64,000 bases of DNA from Escherichia coli. Its GTDB lineage: Bacteria; Pseudomonadota; Gammaproteobacteria; Enterobacterales; Enterobacteriaceae. The position numbers and the translations under genes were made by a program. Below, one piece after another: positions 33,965 through 44,585 of this stretch. The notes below the pieces were generated by a model that searched no databases, was not told the origin of the DNA, and was given only the letters and a program-made list of their open reading frames with translations. The first letter of the stretch is position 1. Each line of letters starts with the position of its first letter. The stretch lies in assembly GCF_003334355.1 (NCBI RefSeq), contig NZ_QOWP01000016.1. One strand, 5' to 3'.

Positions 33965-33984
<20 letters not shown>
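32935..33984 (+). CDS. truD: tRNA pseudouridine(13) synthase
   Basis: 349 aa. Confidence 0.92.
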
Positions 33985-35346
<1,362 letters not shown>

Positions 35347-35485
35347 AACGTGAGGAAATACCTGGATTTTTCCTGGTTATTTTGCCGCAGGTCAGCGTAT
35401 CGTGAACATCTTTTCCAGTGTTCAGTAGGGTGCCTTGCACGGTAATTATGTCACTGGTTATTAACCAATTTTTCCTGGGGGATAA

Positions 35486-36625
35486 ATGAGCGCGGGAAGC
35501 CCAAAATTCACCGTTCGCCGCATTGCGGCTTTGTCACTGGTTTCGCTATGGCTGGCAGGCTGTTCTGACACTTCAAATCCACCGGCACCGGTCAGCTCCG
35601 TTAATGGCAATGCACCTGCAAATACCAATTCTGGTATGTTGATTACGCCGCCGCCGAAAATGGGGACGACATCTACAGCGCAGCAACCGCAAATTCAGCC
35701 GGTGCAGCAGCCACAAATTCAGGCTACTCAACAACCGCAAATCCAGCCAGTGCAGCCAGTAGCTCAGCAGCCGGTACAGATGGAAAACGGACGCATCGTC
35801 TATAACCGTCAGTATGGGAACATTCCGAAAGGCAGTTATAGCGGCAGTACCTATACCGTGAAAAAAGGCGACACACTTTTCTATATCGCCTGGATTACTG
35901 GCAACGATTTCCGTGACCTTGCTCAGCGCAACAATATTCAGGCACCATACGCGCTGAACGTTGGTCAGACTTTGCAGGTGGGTAATGCTTCCGGTACGCC
36001 AATCACTGGCGGAAATGCCATTACCCAGGCCGACGCAGCAGAGCAAGGAGTTGTGATCAAGCCTGCACAAAATTCCACCGTTGCTGTTGCGTCGCAACCG
36101 ACAATTACGTATTCTGAGTCTTCGGGTGAACAGAGTGCTAACAAAATGTTGCCGAACAACAAGCCAACTGCGACCACGGTCACAGCGCCTGTAACGGTAC
36201 CAACAGCAAGCACAACCGAGCCGACTGTCAGCAGTACATCAACCAGTACGCCTATCTCCACCTGGCGCTGGCCGACTGAGGGCAAAGTGATCGAAACCTT
36301 TGGCGCTTCTGAGGGGGGCAACAAGGGGATTGATATCGCAGGCAGCAAAGGACAGGCAATTATCGCGACCGCAGATGGCCGCGTTGTTTATGCTGGTAAC
36401 GCGCTGCGCGGCTACGGTAATCTGATTATCATCAAACATAATGATGATTACCTGAGTGCCTACGCCCATAACGACACAATGCTGGTCCGGGAACAACAAG
36501 AAGTTAAGGCGGGGCAAAAAATAGCGACCATGGGTAGCACCGGAACCAGTTCAACACGCTTGCATTTTGAAATTCGTTACAAGGGGAAATCCGTAAACCC
36601 GCTGCGTTATTTGCCGCAGCGATAA
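35486..36625 (+). CDS. nlpD: Murein hydrolase activator lipoprotein NlpD (LysM + M23 peptidase-like)
   Basis: 379 aa; lipobox LAGCS; Q/P-rich repeat region. Confidence 0.93.
   Translation: MSAGSPKFTVRRIAALSLVSLWLAGCSDTSNPPAPVSSVNGNAPANTNSGMLITPPPKMGTTSTAQQPQIQPVQQPQIQATQQPQIQPVQPVAQQPVQMENGRIVYNRQYGNIPKGSYSGSTYTVKKGDTLFYIAWITGNDFRDLAQRNNIQAPYALNVGQTLQVGNASGTPITGGNAITQADAAEQGVVIKPAQNSTVAVASQPTITYSESSGEQSANKMLPNNKPTATTVTAPVTVPTASTTEPTVSSTSTSTPISTWRWPTEGKVIETFGASEGGNKGIDIAGSKGQAIIATADGRVVYAGNALRGYGNLIIIKHNDDYLSAYAHNDTMLVREQQEVKAGQKIATMGSTGTSSTRLHFEIRYKGKSVNPLRYLPQR
35681..35752 (+). repeat. Three imperfect 24-bp tandem repeats inside nlpD, encoding QQPQIQ(P/A)(V/T)
   Basis: CAGCAACCGCAAATTCAGCCGGTG / CAGCAGCCACAAATTCAGGCTACT / CAACAACCGCAAATCCAGCCAGTG. 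Confidence 0.6.
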
Positions 36626-36687
36626 ATCGGCGGAACCAGGCTTTTGCTTGAATGTTCCGTCAAGGGATCACGGGTAGGAGCCACCTT

Positions 36688-37680
36688 ATGAGTCAGAATA
36701 CGCTGAAAGTTCATGATTTAAATGAAGATGCGGAATTTGATGAGAACGGAGTTGAGGTTTTTGACGAAAAGGCCTTAGTAGAAGAGGAACCCAGTGATAA
36801 CGATTTGGCCGAAGAGGAACTGTTATCGCAGGGAGCCACACAGCGTGTGTTGGACGCGACTCAGCTTTACCTTGGTGAGATTGGTTATTCACCACTGTTA
36901 ACGGCCGAAGAAGAAGTTTATTTTGCGCGTCGCGCACTGCGTGGAGATGTCGCCTCTCGCCGCCGGATGATCGAGAGTAACTTGCGTCTGGTGGTAAAAA
37001 TTGCCCGCCGTTATGGCAATCGTGGTCTGGCGTTGCTGGACCTTATCGAAGAGGGCAACCTGGGGCTGATCCGCGCGGTAGAGAAGTTTGACCCGGAACG
37101 TGGTTTCCGCTTCTCAACATACGCAACCTGGTGGATTCGCCAGACGATTGAACGGGCGATTATGAACCAAACCCGTACTATTCGTTTGCCGATTCACATC
37201 GTAAAGGAGCTGAACGTTTACCTGCGAACCGCACGTGAGTTGTCCCATAAGCTGGACCATGAACCAAGTGCGGAAGAGATCGCAGAGCAACTGGATAAGC
37301 CAGTTGATGACGTCAGCCGTATGCTTCGTCTTAACGAGCGCATTACCTCGGTAGACACCCCGCTGGGTGGTGATTCCGAAAAAGCGTTGCTGGACATCCT
37401 GGCCGATGAAAAAGAGAACGGTCCGGAAGATACCACGCAAGATGACGATATGAAGCAGAGCATCGTCAAATGGCTGTTCGAGCTGAACGCCAAACAGCGT
37501 GAAGTGCTGGCACGTCGATTCGGTTTGCTGGGGTACGAAGCGGCAACACTGGAAGATGTAGGTCGTGAAATTGGCCTCACCCGTGAACGTGTTCGCCAGA
37601 TTCAGGTTGAAGGCCTGCGCCGTTTGCGCGAAATCCTGCAAACGCAGGGGCTGAATATCGAAGCGCTGTTCCGCGAGTAA
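36688..37680 (+). CDS. rpoS: RNA polymerase sigma factor RpoS (sigma-38), apparently intact
   Basis: 330 aa from [24 protein letters not shown]; codon 33 at 36784-36786 is GAG (Glu). Confidence 0.95.
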   Translation: MSQNTLKVHDLNEDAEFDENGVEVFDEKALVEEEPSDNDLAEEELLSQGATQRVLDATQLYLGEIGYSPLLTAEEEVYFARRALRGDVASRRRMIESNLRLVVKIARRYGNRGLALLDLIEEGNLGLIRAVEKFDPERGFRFSTYATWWIRQTIERAIMNQTRTIRLPIHIVKELNVYLRTARELSHKLDHEPSAEEIAEQLDKPVDDVSRMLRLNERITSVDTPLGGDSEKALLDILADEKENGPEDTTQDDDMKQSIVKWLFELNAKQREVLARRFGLLGYEAATLEDVGREIGLTRERVRQIQVEGLRRLREILQTQGLNIEALFRE

Positions 37681-37696
37681 GTAAGCATCTGTCAGA

Positions 37697-37730
37697 AAGG
37701 CCAGTCTCAAGCGAGGCTGGCCTTTTCTGT
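37697..37730 (+). terminator. rpoS intrinsic terminator
   Basis: AAGGCCAGTCTC pairs with GAGGCTGGCCTT (about 12 bp, one wobble), loop AAGC, tail TTCTGTG. Confidence 0.6.
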
Positions 37731-37736
37731 GCACAA

Positions 37737-37770
37737 TAAAAGGTCCGATGCCCATCGGACCTTTTTATTA
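37737..37770. terminator. Bidirectional intrinsic terminator between rpoS and ygbN
   Basis: AAAAAGGTCCGATG cc CATCGGACCTTTTTATT: 10-bp stem flanked by an A-tract and a T-tract. Confidence 0.6.
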
Positions 37771-37773
37771 AGG

Positions 37774-39138
37774 TCAAATTACCGCCCATACGCACCAGGT
37801 AATTAAGAATCCGGTAAAACCGAGAATGGTCGTTAACACTGTCCAGGTTTTCAGACCGTCTGCTACCGACAACCCCAGATATTTGGTCACAATCCAGAAC
37901 CCTGAGTCATTAATATGTGACGCACCAAGCCCACCAAAGCAGGCTGCCAGCGTCACCAATACGCACTGAATCGGATTCAATCCCATCACCGCTTCTGAGA
38001 GTAACCCGCCGGTTGTCAGTATTGCTACGGTTGCTGACCCCTGCGATGCACGCAGCGCCAGTGAAATAATAAATGCGGCTGGTAACAGAGGCAGGTCAAT
38101 CATTTGTAGCATGTTGGCAAGGGCTTTGCCGACGCCCGATTCCACCAGCACTTTGCCAAATACCCCTCCAGCACCAGTAACCAAAATCACTACCGCCGCA
38201 GTAGGAAGCGCTGAGCCCATAATGTCGCTGGTGTGTTGTAAGCTCCAGCCGCGACGTAAAGCCAATAACCAGAATGCCAGCACCAGCGCAATCATTAGAG
38301 CTACCATTGGTGAGCCGATCAGCTGTAGCGTACCAAGCAGGGGATGCGAAGGCGGCATCAGTGTTGCGGAAACCGTACCCGCCATGATAATCGCGATAGG
38401 AATAACAATTAGCGAGGTGACCAGCGCGACGCCCGGTGGATTTATTTTATCGCTTAATTTTGTCGCGCCTTCCTCACTGGCCGGAGCCAGTTGCATCTGT
38501 TCCAGTACTTCTACTGACATCGCATATTGGCGCTTATTGATTATTTTCGCTGCAAAGTAGCCAACAACCCCTACGGGAATAGAAATCGCAATACCGATGA
38601 TGGTTAGCCAGCCGATGTCTGCGTGGAGTAACCCCGCTGCGGCGACAGGGCCTGGATGCGGCGGTACCGCCACGTGAACAGTGAGCATGATCCCAGCGAC
38701 AGGCAGGCCAAATTTGAGTGGCGATATTTTGGCAACCTTGGCAAAACCGTAAATGATTGGCGCAAGAATAATAAAGCCGACATCAAAGAAGACGGGAATA
38801 CCGAGGAAGAACGCTGCCAGAGTCAGCGCAGCGATAGTTCGTTTGTCACCTAACTTGCGACTGAAATAATTAGCCAGTGACTCTGCACCACCAGAGTGTT
38901 CGATCATACGCCCCAGCATAGCGCCCAGACCAATAATAATAGTGACGGAACCAAGCACACCGCCCATCCCGGCGATCATCACTTTACCCACTTCGCCCGC
39001 CGGTATACCTGCCGCAAGTGCGACTAACAGGCTGACGAGGAGCAAAGCAACGAATGGTTGTACCTTTGCCTTGATGACCAGCAGCAACAGCATGATTACG
39101 CCAGCTAACGCAATGCATAACAATGTAATTGTGGACAT
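37774..39138 (-). CDS. ygbN: GntP-family acid-sugar permease
   Basis: 454-aa polytopic membrane ORF. Confidence 0.9.
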   Translation of the reverse strand: MSTITLLCIALAGVIMLLLLVIKAKVQPFVALLLVSLLVALAAGIPAGEVGKVMIAGMGGVLGSVTIIIGLGAMLGRMIEHSGGAESLANYFSRKLGDKRTIAALTLAAFFLGIPVFFDVGFIILAPIIYGFAKVAKISPLKFGLPVAGIMLTVHVAVPPHPGPVAAAGLLHADIGWLTIIGIAISIPVGVVGYFAAKIINKRQYAMSVEVLEQMQLAPASEEGATKLSDKINPPGVALVTSLIVIPIAIIMAGTVSATLMPPSHPLLGTLQLIGSPMVALMIALVLAFWLLALRRGWSLQHTSDIMGSALPTAAVVILVTGAGGVFGKVLVESGVGKALANMLQMIDLPLLPAAFIISLALRASQGSATVAILTTGGLLSEAVMGLNPIQCVLVTLAACFGGLGASHINDSGFWIVTKYLGLSVADGLKTWTVLTTILGFTGFLITWCVWAVI

Positions 39139-39226
39139 GGGAAACCCTGTCTGAAAGTTATAGTTAACCTACCCCATCCGTAGATGGGGGGATGTATGGG
39201 TACGTTGTAATTAGGGATTTAACGAA

Positions 39227-40003
39227 TTAGCGCCAGGCGTCAAACCAGCCAAGCCCTTCTTCGGTGAGGCCACGAGGTTTATATTCACAACCGATCCAGC
39301 CCTGATATCCCACCTCATCGAACAGGCGGAACAGCCACGGATAGTTGATTTCTCCATCGTCCGGTTCATGTCGATCAGGTAGTCCGGCAATTTGTACGTG
39401 CGCATATTTCCCGGCGTAGTCGCGGATTAAATGCGTCAGGTTGCCATCTACTTTTTGCGCATGAAAAGTATCTAGTTGAATAAACACGTTATCTCGCGCA
39501 ACCTCTTCAACAATAGCCAGTGCCTGATACTGGCTGGAGAAGAGATAATGAGGCTTAACGCCGGGGCTGAGTGCTTCAACTAATATTCGCTTGCCGTGTG
39601 GCGCAAAGCGGTCGGCAGCGTAGCGGATATTATCGATAAATACTGCCCGGTACCGTTCAGCATCTTCGCCAGCGGGCACGACGCCTGCCATCACATGGAC
39701 TTGTTCACAATTGAGCGCCAATGCATATTCCAGTGCCAGGTCGATGTCTGCGTGTGCTTCGTGCTCACGTCCGGGAAGGGCGGATAATCCCCATTCCCCC
39801 GCATTAATATCTCCGGGAGCGGTATTGAACAGCGCCAGTGTCAGATGGTTTTGCTCCAGTTGCTTTTGGATTTGCAGGGTGGAGTAGTTATAGGGAAACA
39901 GAAATTCCACAGCATCGAACCCGGCTTTTCGCGCTGCGGCGAAGCGTTCAATAAAAGGCACTTCGGTGAACATCATGGATAAATTAGCTGCAAAACGAGG
40001 CAT
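39227..40003 (-). CDS. ygbM: Hydroxypyruvate isomerase-like TIM-barrel enzyme (2-oxo-tetronate isomerase, OtnI)
   Basis: 258 aa. Confidence 0.88.
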
Positions 40004-40007
40004 TGCA

Positions 40008-40646
40008 TTAACTCCTTAATTCCGCAATTTCACCTGCGGTCAGATAACGGATCGGGCGGTCACCGAGAATAAAAATCAGCTTTGCCGTTTCCTCCAGCTC
40101 TTCCATATTGTTGGCGGCTTCTTGCAGGCTTTCACCGCAAACCACTGGGCCATGATTTGCCAGTAAAAAAGCCTGATTGTCTGCTGCCAGTTCCGCCAGA
40201 TCCTGTGCGATGCGTTTATCGCCCGGTCGGTAATAAGGCACCAGCGGGACATTTCCCATCCGCATCACCACGTATGGTGTGAACGGACGAATAACGTTGC
40301 TGCTGTCCAGCCCTTGCAGGCAGGAAAGCGCCGTCGACCATGTGCTGTGCAAATGCACCACCGCTTTACAGCGCGGATTGTTGCGATACAGCGCCAGATG
40401 AAAGAGCACCTCTTTCGAGGGTTTGTCACCACTTAACCATTCGCCATCCGCGGCGACTTTGGAAAGCCGCTGCGGATCGAGATTGCCCAGGCATGAACCT
40501 GTCGGTGTCGCCAGTAAATTCCCGTCAGGTAAAAGCAGCGACAGATTGCCAGCCGAACCGGTTGCATAGCCGCGCTGAAAGAATGAACTGGCAATCCGCG
40601 TCATCTCCTCTCGCAAAGACTGCTCTACTTTTGCGAAATCGCTCAT
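40008..40646 (-). CDS. ygbL: Class II aldolase/adducin-family decarboxylase (OtnC)
   Basis: 212 aa. Confidence 0.88.
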
Positions 40647-41905
40647 GATAAAAACTCTCTTTGGGCTCGTGAAAAAAAGGCGTCATCACCGAAGTTGCCA
40701 GATTTAAGGGCGAGTGAGACAGGCTTATCCAGTGCGTTTACCCACGGCACGCCGGGGGAAATGGTTGGGCCAATATGAAACCCTTTTATTCCCAGGCTCT
40801 GTGTGACTACGCCGGAGGTCTCACCGCCTGCGACAATAAAGCGTGTCACGCCTTCCGCTGCTAACCGCGCCGCTAGTTGAGAAAACAGTGTTTCTACTGC
40901 CTGACTGGCTTTTTGTGCACCGTATTGCTGTTGAATTGCTGCCAATGCGTCAGTGCTGGCGGTGGCAAAAACCAGTGGAGCAAGTACACTTTCCTGGCCC
41001 AGAACCCACTCTGCCAGTTCGTGTGCATAAGCGGCCAGAGTTTCAATTGAGAGGCAGCGTGCCACATCAACTTCACGGGCTGGTGCAATTTGACGGTAAT
41101 GTGCTACCTGGCGGTTGGTCATTTGAGAGCATGAACCGGAGAGCACTACGCCGCGCCCAGCGAGCGGACGCCCTGCTTTGCGAGCCTGGTTACCGTTTTC
41201 TTGCGCCCACTGCCGGGCCAGGCCAATCGCCAGACCAGAACCGCCCGTTACCAGTGGGGCATCGCGCAAGGCTTCTCCCTGAATTTCCAGATGGTGTTCG
41301 GTCAGCGCATCAAGCACCGCGTAGCGGTAGCCCTCTTGCTGTAAGCGAGCCAGCTCTTGACGAACGGCATCCACACCTTGTTCGAAAACATGTGCCGAAA
41401 CGACGCCGCAGCGCCCTGTGGATTGCGCTTCAACCAGACGGGGAAGATAGCTGTCGGTCATGGGATTTACCGGGTGATGGCGCATCCCGGATTCGGCCAG
41501 CAGTTGATTCATTACGAACAAATACCCCTGATAAACCGTACGTCCGTTGACCGGCAGGGCCGGAGAGAAGACCGTAAACGGCGTGTCGAGAGCATCCATT
41601 AAGGCATCGGTAACCGGGCCAATATTACCTTTCGCCGTACTGTCGAAAGTAGAGCAGTATTTGAAATAGATCTGTTTGCAACCTTGCTGTTGCAACCAGC
41701 TCAGAGCCGCCAGCGATTGCTGTGTGGCTTCAACCACTGGACAGGAGCGCGTTTTCAGGCTGATCACCAGTGCGTCGATTGCTTCCGGCATTTTACCTGT
41801 TGGAACACCGTTAATTTGTACCGTTGGTAGACCGTTTTCCACCAGAAAACTGGCGATATCCGTCGCGCCGGTAAAATCATCGGCGATAACGCCAATCTTG
41901 ATCAT
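40643..41905 (-). CDS. ygbK: Four-carbon acid-sugar kinase, DUF1537 family (OtnK)
   Basis: 420-aa ORF starting MIKIGVIADDFTGATD. Confidence 0.85.
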   Translation of the reverse strand: MIKIGVIADDFTGATDIASFLVENGLPTVQINGVPTGKMPEAIDALVISLKTRSCPVVEATQQSLAALSWLQQQGCKQIYFKYCSTFDSTAKGNIGPVTDALMDALDTPFTVFSPALPVNGRTVYQGYLFVMNQLLAESGMRHHPVNPMTDSYLPRLVEAQSTGRCGVVSAHVFEQGVDAVRQELARLQQEGYRYAVLDALTEHHLEIQGEALRDAPLVTGGSGLAIGLARQWAQENGNQARKAGRPLAGRGVVLSGSCSQMTNRQVAHYRQIAPAREVDVARCLSIETLAAYAHELAEWVLGQESVLAPLVFATASTDALAAIQQQYGAQKASQAVETLFSQLAARLAAEGVTRFIVAGGETSGVVTQSLGIKGFHIGPTISPGVPWVNALDKPVSLALKSGNFGDDAFFSRAQREFLS

Positions 41906-42810
41906 GATTTCGCTCCCGGTAGAGTGATGCCAGAGAAAATCTTGATAACTGCGCTATCGTCTTCTTTCCCGTAACCCGCGTTACTGGCGCTGGTGAACAT
42001 ATTCAATGCTGTTGAGGCCAATGGCAGCGGGAAGTGCAGGGCTTTGGCTGTATCGGCAACCAGACCAAGATCCTTAACAAAAATATCGACGGCTGAATGC
42101 GGGGTGTAATCGCCATCCACCACATGACGCATCCGGTTTTCGAACATCCAGGAATTTCCGGCGGCATTGGTCACGACGTCATACATCACATCCAGCGGGA
42201 TCCCCGCACGGGCTGCAAGTGCCATCGCTTCGGCTCCGGCAGCAATATGTACGCCCGCTAACAACTGGTGAATAATTTTTACGGTCGAACCTAGTCCCGG
42301 TTCTGCACCTATGCGATAAACTTTTCCGGCAACGGCTTCCAGCACGGGTGCCAGTCGTTCAAAGGCAATATCGCTACCGGAGGCCATGACAGTCATTTCA
42401 CCGTTAGCGGCTTTTACTGCACCACCAGAAACTGGCGCATCCAGCATTTCCAGATCGAATCCAGCCAGAGCGGTAGCAATTTCTTGCGCATCAGCACTAG
42501 CGATAGTGGAAGAAACCATTACTGCCGTACCGGGTTTCAGATGTTGTGCAACGCCTGTTTCACCAAACAGCACCTGTTTAACCTGGGCCGCATTGACCAC
42601 CAGCACCAGCAGTGCGTCCAGTTTTTCGGCAAACGTCGCGGCGTTATCAGAAACCCCGCAAGCACCTGCCTCTTTCAACGTAGCGCAGGCATTGCTGTTC
42701 AGGTCTGCGCCCCAGGTAGAAAGACCTGCGCGGACACATGACAGTGCTGCTCCCATTCCCATTGACCCTAAGCCAACGATACCGACATGAAACTCAGATC
42801 CCGTTTTCAT
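41902..42810 (-). CDS. ygbJ: NAD-dependent L-threonate dehydrogenase (3-hydroxyisobutyrate dehydrogenase family, LtnD)
   Basis: 302 aa; N-terminal GxGxxG (VGIVGLGSMGMGAA). Confidence 0.88.
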   Translation of the reverse strand: MKTGSEFHVGIVGLGSMGMGAALSCVRAGLSTWGADLNSNACATLKEAGACGVSDNAATFAEKLDALLVLVVNAAQVKQVLFGETGVAQHLKPGTAVMVSSTIASADAQEIATALAGFDLEMLDAPVSGGAVKAANGEMTVMASGSDIAFERLAPVLEAVAGKVYRIGAEPGLGSTVKIIHQLLAGVHIAAGAEAMALAARAGIPLDVMYDVVTNAAGNSWMFENRMRHVVDGDYTPHSAVDIFVKDLGLVADTAKALHFPLPLASTALNMFTSASNAGYGKEDDSAVIKIFSGITLPGAKS

Positions 42811-42975
42811 CTGCTCTCCTTGTTAATTTAAGTGATATTTTGTTTGATATTGTGAATATAAGCGCTGGAAGATAACGATATGATGATCTGATTCACATAA
42901 ATTAACATTGTGTGTTATTTTATGTGAACTAAGCGTTAGTTGCGCCGCGCACGTTTCGCAGGCAAATAGCGTAGA

Positions 42976-43773
42976 ATGTCAGCAGGACAAAGGAAGGAGC
43001 AAAAGTTGATACCCGTAGAGCGTCGCCAAATCATCCTTGAGATGGTAGCTGAAAAAGGCATTGTCAGTATTGCTGAACTAACGGACAGAATGAATGTGTC
43101 ACATATGACCATTCGTCGGGATTTACAAAAACTGGAGCAGCAGGGAGCCGTTGTGCTGGTGTCCGGAGGCGTCCAGTCTCCGGGACGCGTGGCGCATGAA
43201 CCTTCTCATCAGGTAAAAACTGCGCTGGCAATGACGCAAAAAGCGGCTATTGGCAAGCTGGCGGCAAGTCTTGTTCAGCCGGGAAGTTGTATCTATCTGG
43301 ATGCGGGAACGACCACGTTAGCGATAGCACAGCATCTGATTCACATGGAGTCACTGACTGTGGTCACAAACGATTTCGTTATTGCGGACTACTTGCTCGA
43401 CAACAGTAATTGCACAATTATTCACACTGGCGGTGCAGTGTGTCGGGAAAACCGTTCCTGTGTCGGGGAAGCCGCTGCGACCATGCTGCGCAGCCTGATG
43501 ATTGATCAGGCTTTTATTTCTGCATCGTCATGGAGTGTGCGGGGGATTTCTACGCCAGCGGAAGATAAAGTCACGGTGAAACGGGCGATTGCCAGTGCCA
43601 GCCGCCAGCGAGTTTTGGTCTGTGATGCGACGAAATATGGTCAGGTGGCGACATGGCTGGCGTTACCATTAAGCGAGTTTGATCAGATTATTACAGACGA
43701 CGGTTTGCCGGAGAGTGCCAGTCGCGCGCTGGTGAAGCAGGATCTCTCTTTGCTGGTAGCGAAAAATGAATAA
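42976..43773 (+). CDS. ygbI: DeoR-family transcriptional regulator; start uncertain (ATG 42976 or TTG 43006)
   Basis: HTH region SIAELTDRMNVSHMTIRRDL; divergent from ygbJ. Confidence 0.85.
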   Translation: MSAGQRKEQKLIPVERRQIILEMVAEKGIVSIAELTDRMNVSHMTIRRDLQKLEQQGAVVLVSGGVQSPGRVAHEPSHQVKTALAMTQKAAIGKLAASLVQPGSCIYLDAGTTTLAIAQHLIHMESLTVVTNDFVIADYLLDNSNCTIIHTGGAVCRENRSCVGEAAATMLRSLMIDQAFISASSWSVRGISTPAEDKVTVKRAIASASRQRVLVCDATKYGQVATWLALPLSEFDQIITDDGLPESASRALVKQDLSLLVAKNE

Positions 43774-43796
43774 TGGCCTGCAATAACACCGGGTTA

Positions 43797-43837
43797 CTCA
43801 TGCTTCACAGAAGAAGCATGAGACTACTTTATTTTAT
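43797..43837 (+). terminator. Intrinsic terminator after ygbI
   Basis: CTCATGCTTC pairs with GAAGCATGAG (10 bp), loop ACAGAA, tail ACTACTTTATTTTAT. Confidence 0.55.
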
Positions 43838-44480
43838 AAAATGACAGCCGCCCGCTGTTCGGCGATCCGGTATCAATATAAATCTGGTTAGCGAACGTCT
43901 GAATGTTATCAAACATCATATGTCCAAATATAAAATAATCAGCGCCGTTTATTTGTTGTAACTCGCCATTAAGCGATTTCTGCACACGATCAACAGGCCA
44001 GAGTAATTCGCTCTCCGCTATTTCTTTACCAAAGAGATATTCACTCCCCGGATAATCTGCATGTGCGATGGCATATTTTATGTTGTCGTTAGTGATTTCA
44101 ATAATATGTGGAAGGTGATGGAATTTCAGCAACAGATCTATTGCCTCTTGTTGCTCTGAATCATTTAAATCGAAAAACCAGTCACCACCGCTGGCAAGCC
44201 ACATATTGCCATCGCCAGTTTCGAATGCCTCAAGCGCCATCGCTTCGTGGTTGCCTTTAACCGACGTAAACCAGGGTTGGTTTAGCAGGCGCAGGACGTC
44301 AAGACTCTCCGGTCCACGATCAATATTATCGCCGACAGAAATAAGTAAGTCGATTTCGGGGAAAAAAGAGAGTTGATGTAAGCGGGATTGTAATAACTGA
44401 TATTCACCATGAATATCACCAACGACCCATATATGGCGATAGTGATGGGCATTGATTTTTTGATAGCGTGTAGATGGCAT
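43824..44480 (-). CDS. pphB: Serine/threonine protein phosphatase 2
   Basis: 218 aa; metallophosphatase motifs GDIHG and GDNIDRG. Confidence 0.9.
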   Translation of the reverse strand: MPSTRYQKINAHHYRHIWVVGDIHGEYQLLQSRLHQLSFFPEIDLLISVGDNIDRGPESLDVLRLLNQPWFTSVKGNHEAMALEAFETGDGNMWLASGGDWFFDLNDSEQQEAIDLLLKFHHLPHIIEITNDNIKYAIAHADYPGSEYLFGKEIAESELLWPVDRVQKSLNGELQQINGADYFIFGHMMFDNIQTFANQIYIDTGSPNSGRLSFYKIK

Positions 44481-44585
44481 GGTTTTACCCTGTAAAATAA
44501 GCTTTCCTATTATACAGGGTGTTTTTATTTTATTCGTCAGTTGTCGTTAATATTCCCGATAGCAAAAGACTATCGGGAATTGTTA

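Noticed and set aside
37114-37755. 213-aa minus-strand ORF
   Set aside because: Antisense to rpoS; it would run through both terminators; treated as spurious.
40843-41550. 235-aa plus-strand ORF
   Set aside because: Antisense within ygbK; Pro/Arg-rich low-complexity translation typical of a wrong frame.
44481-44585. Hairpin ACCCTGTA...TACAGGGT followed by a T-tract between pphB and mutS
   Set aside because: It is oriented for plus-strand termination, but both neighbours are on the minus strand; it may be promoter-region structure and cannot be assigned.
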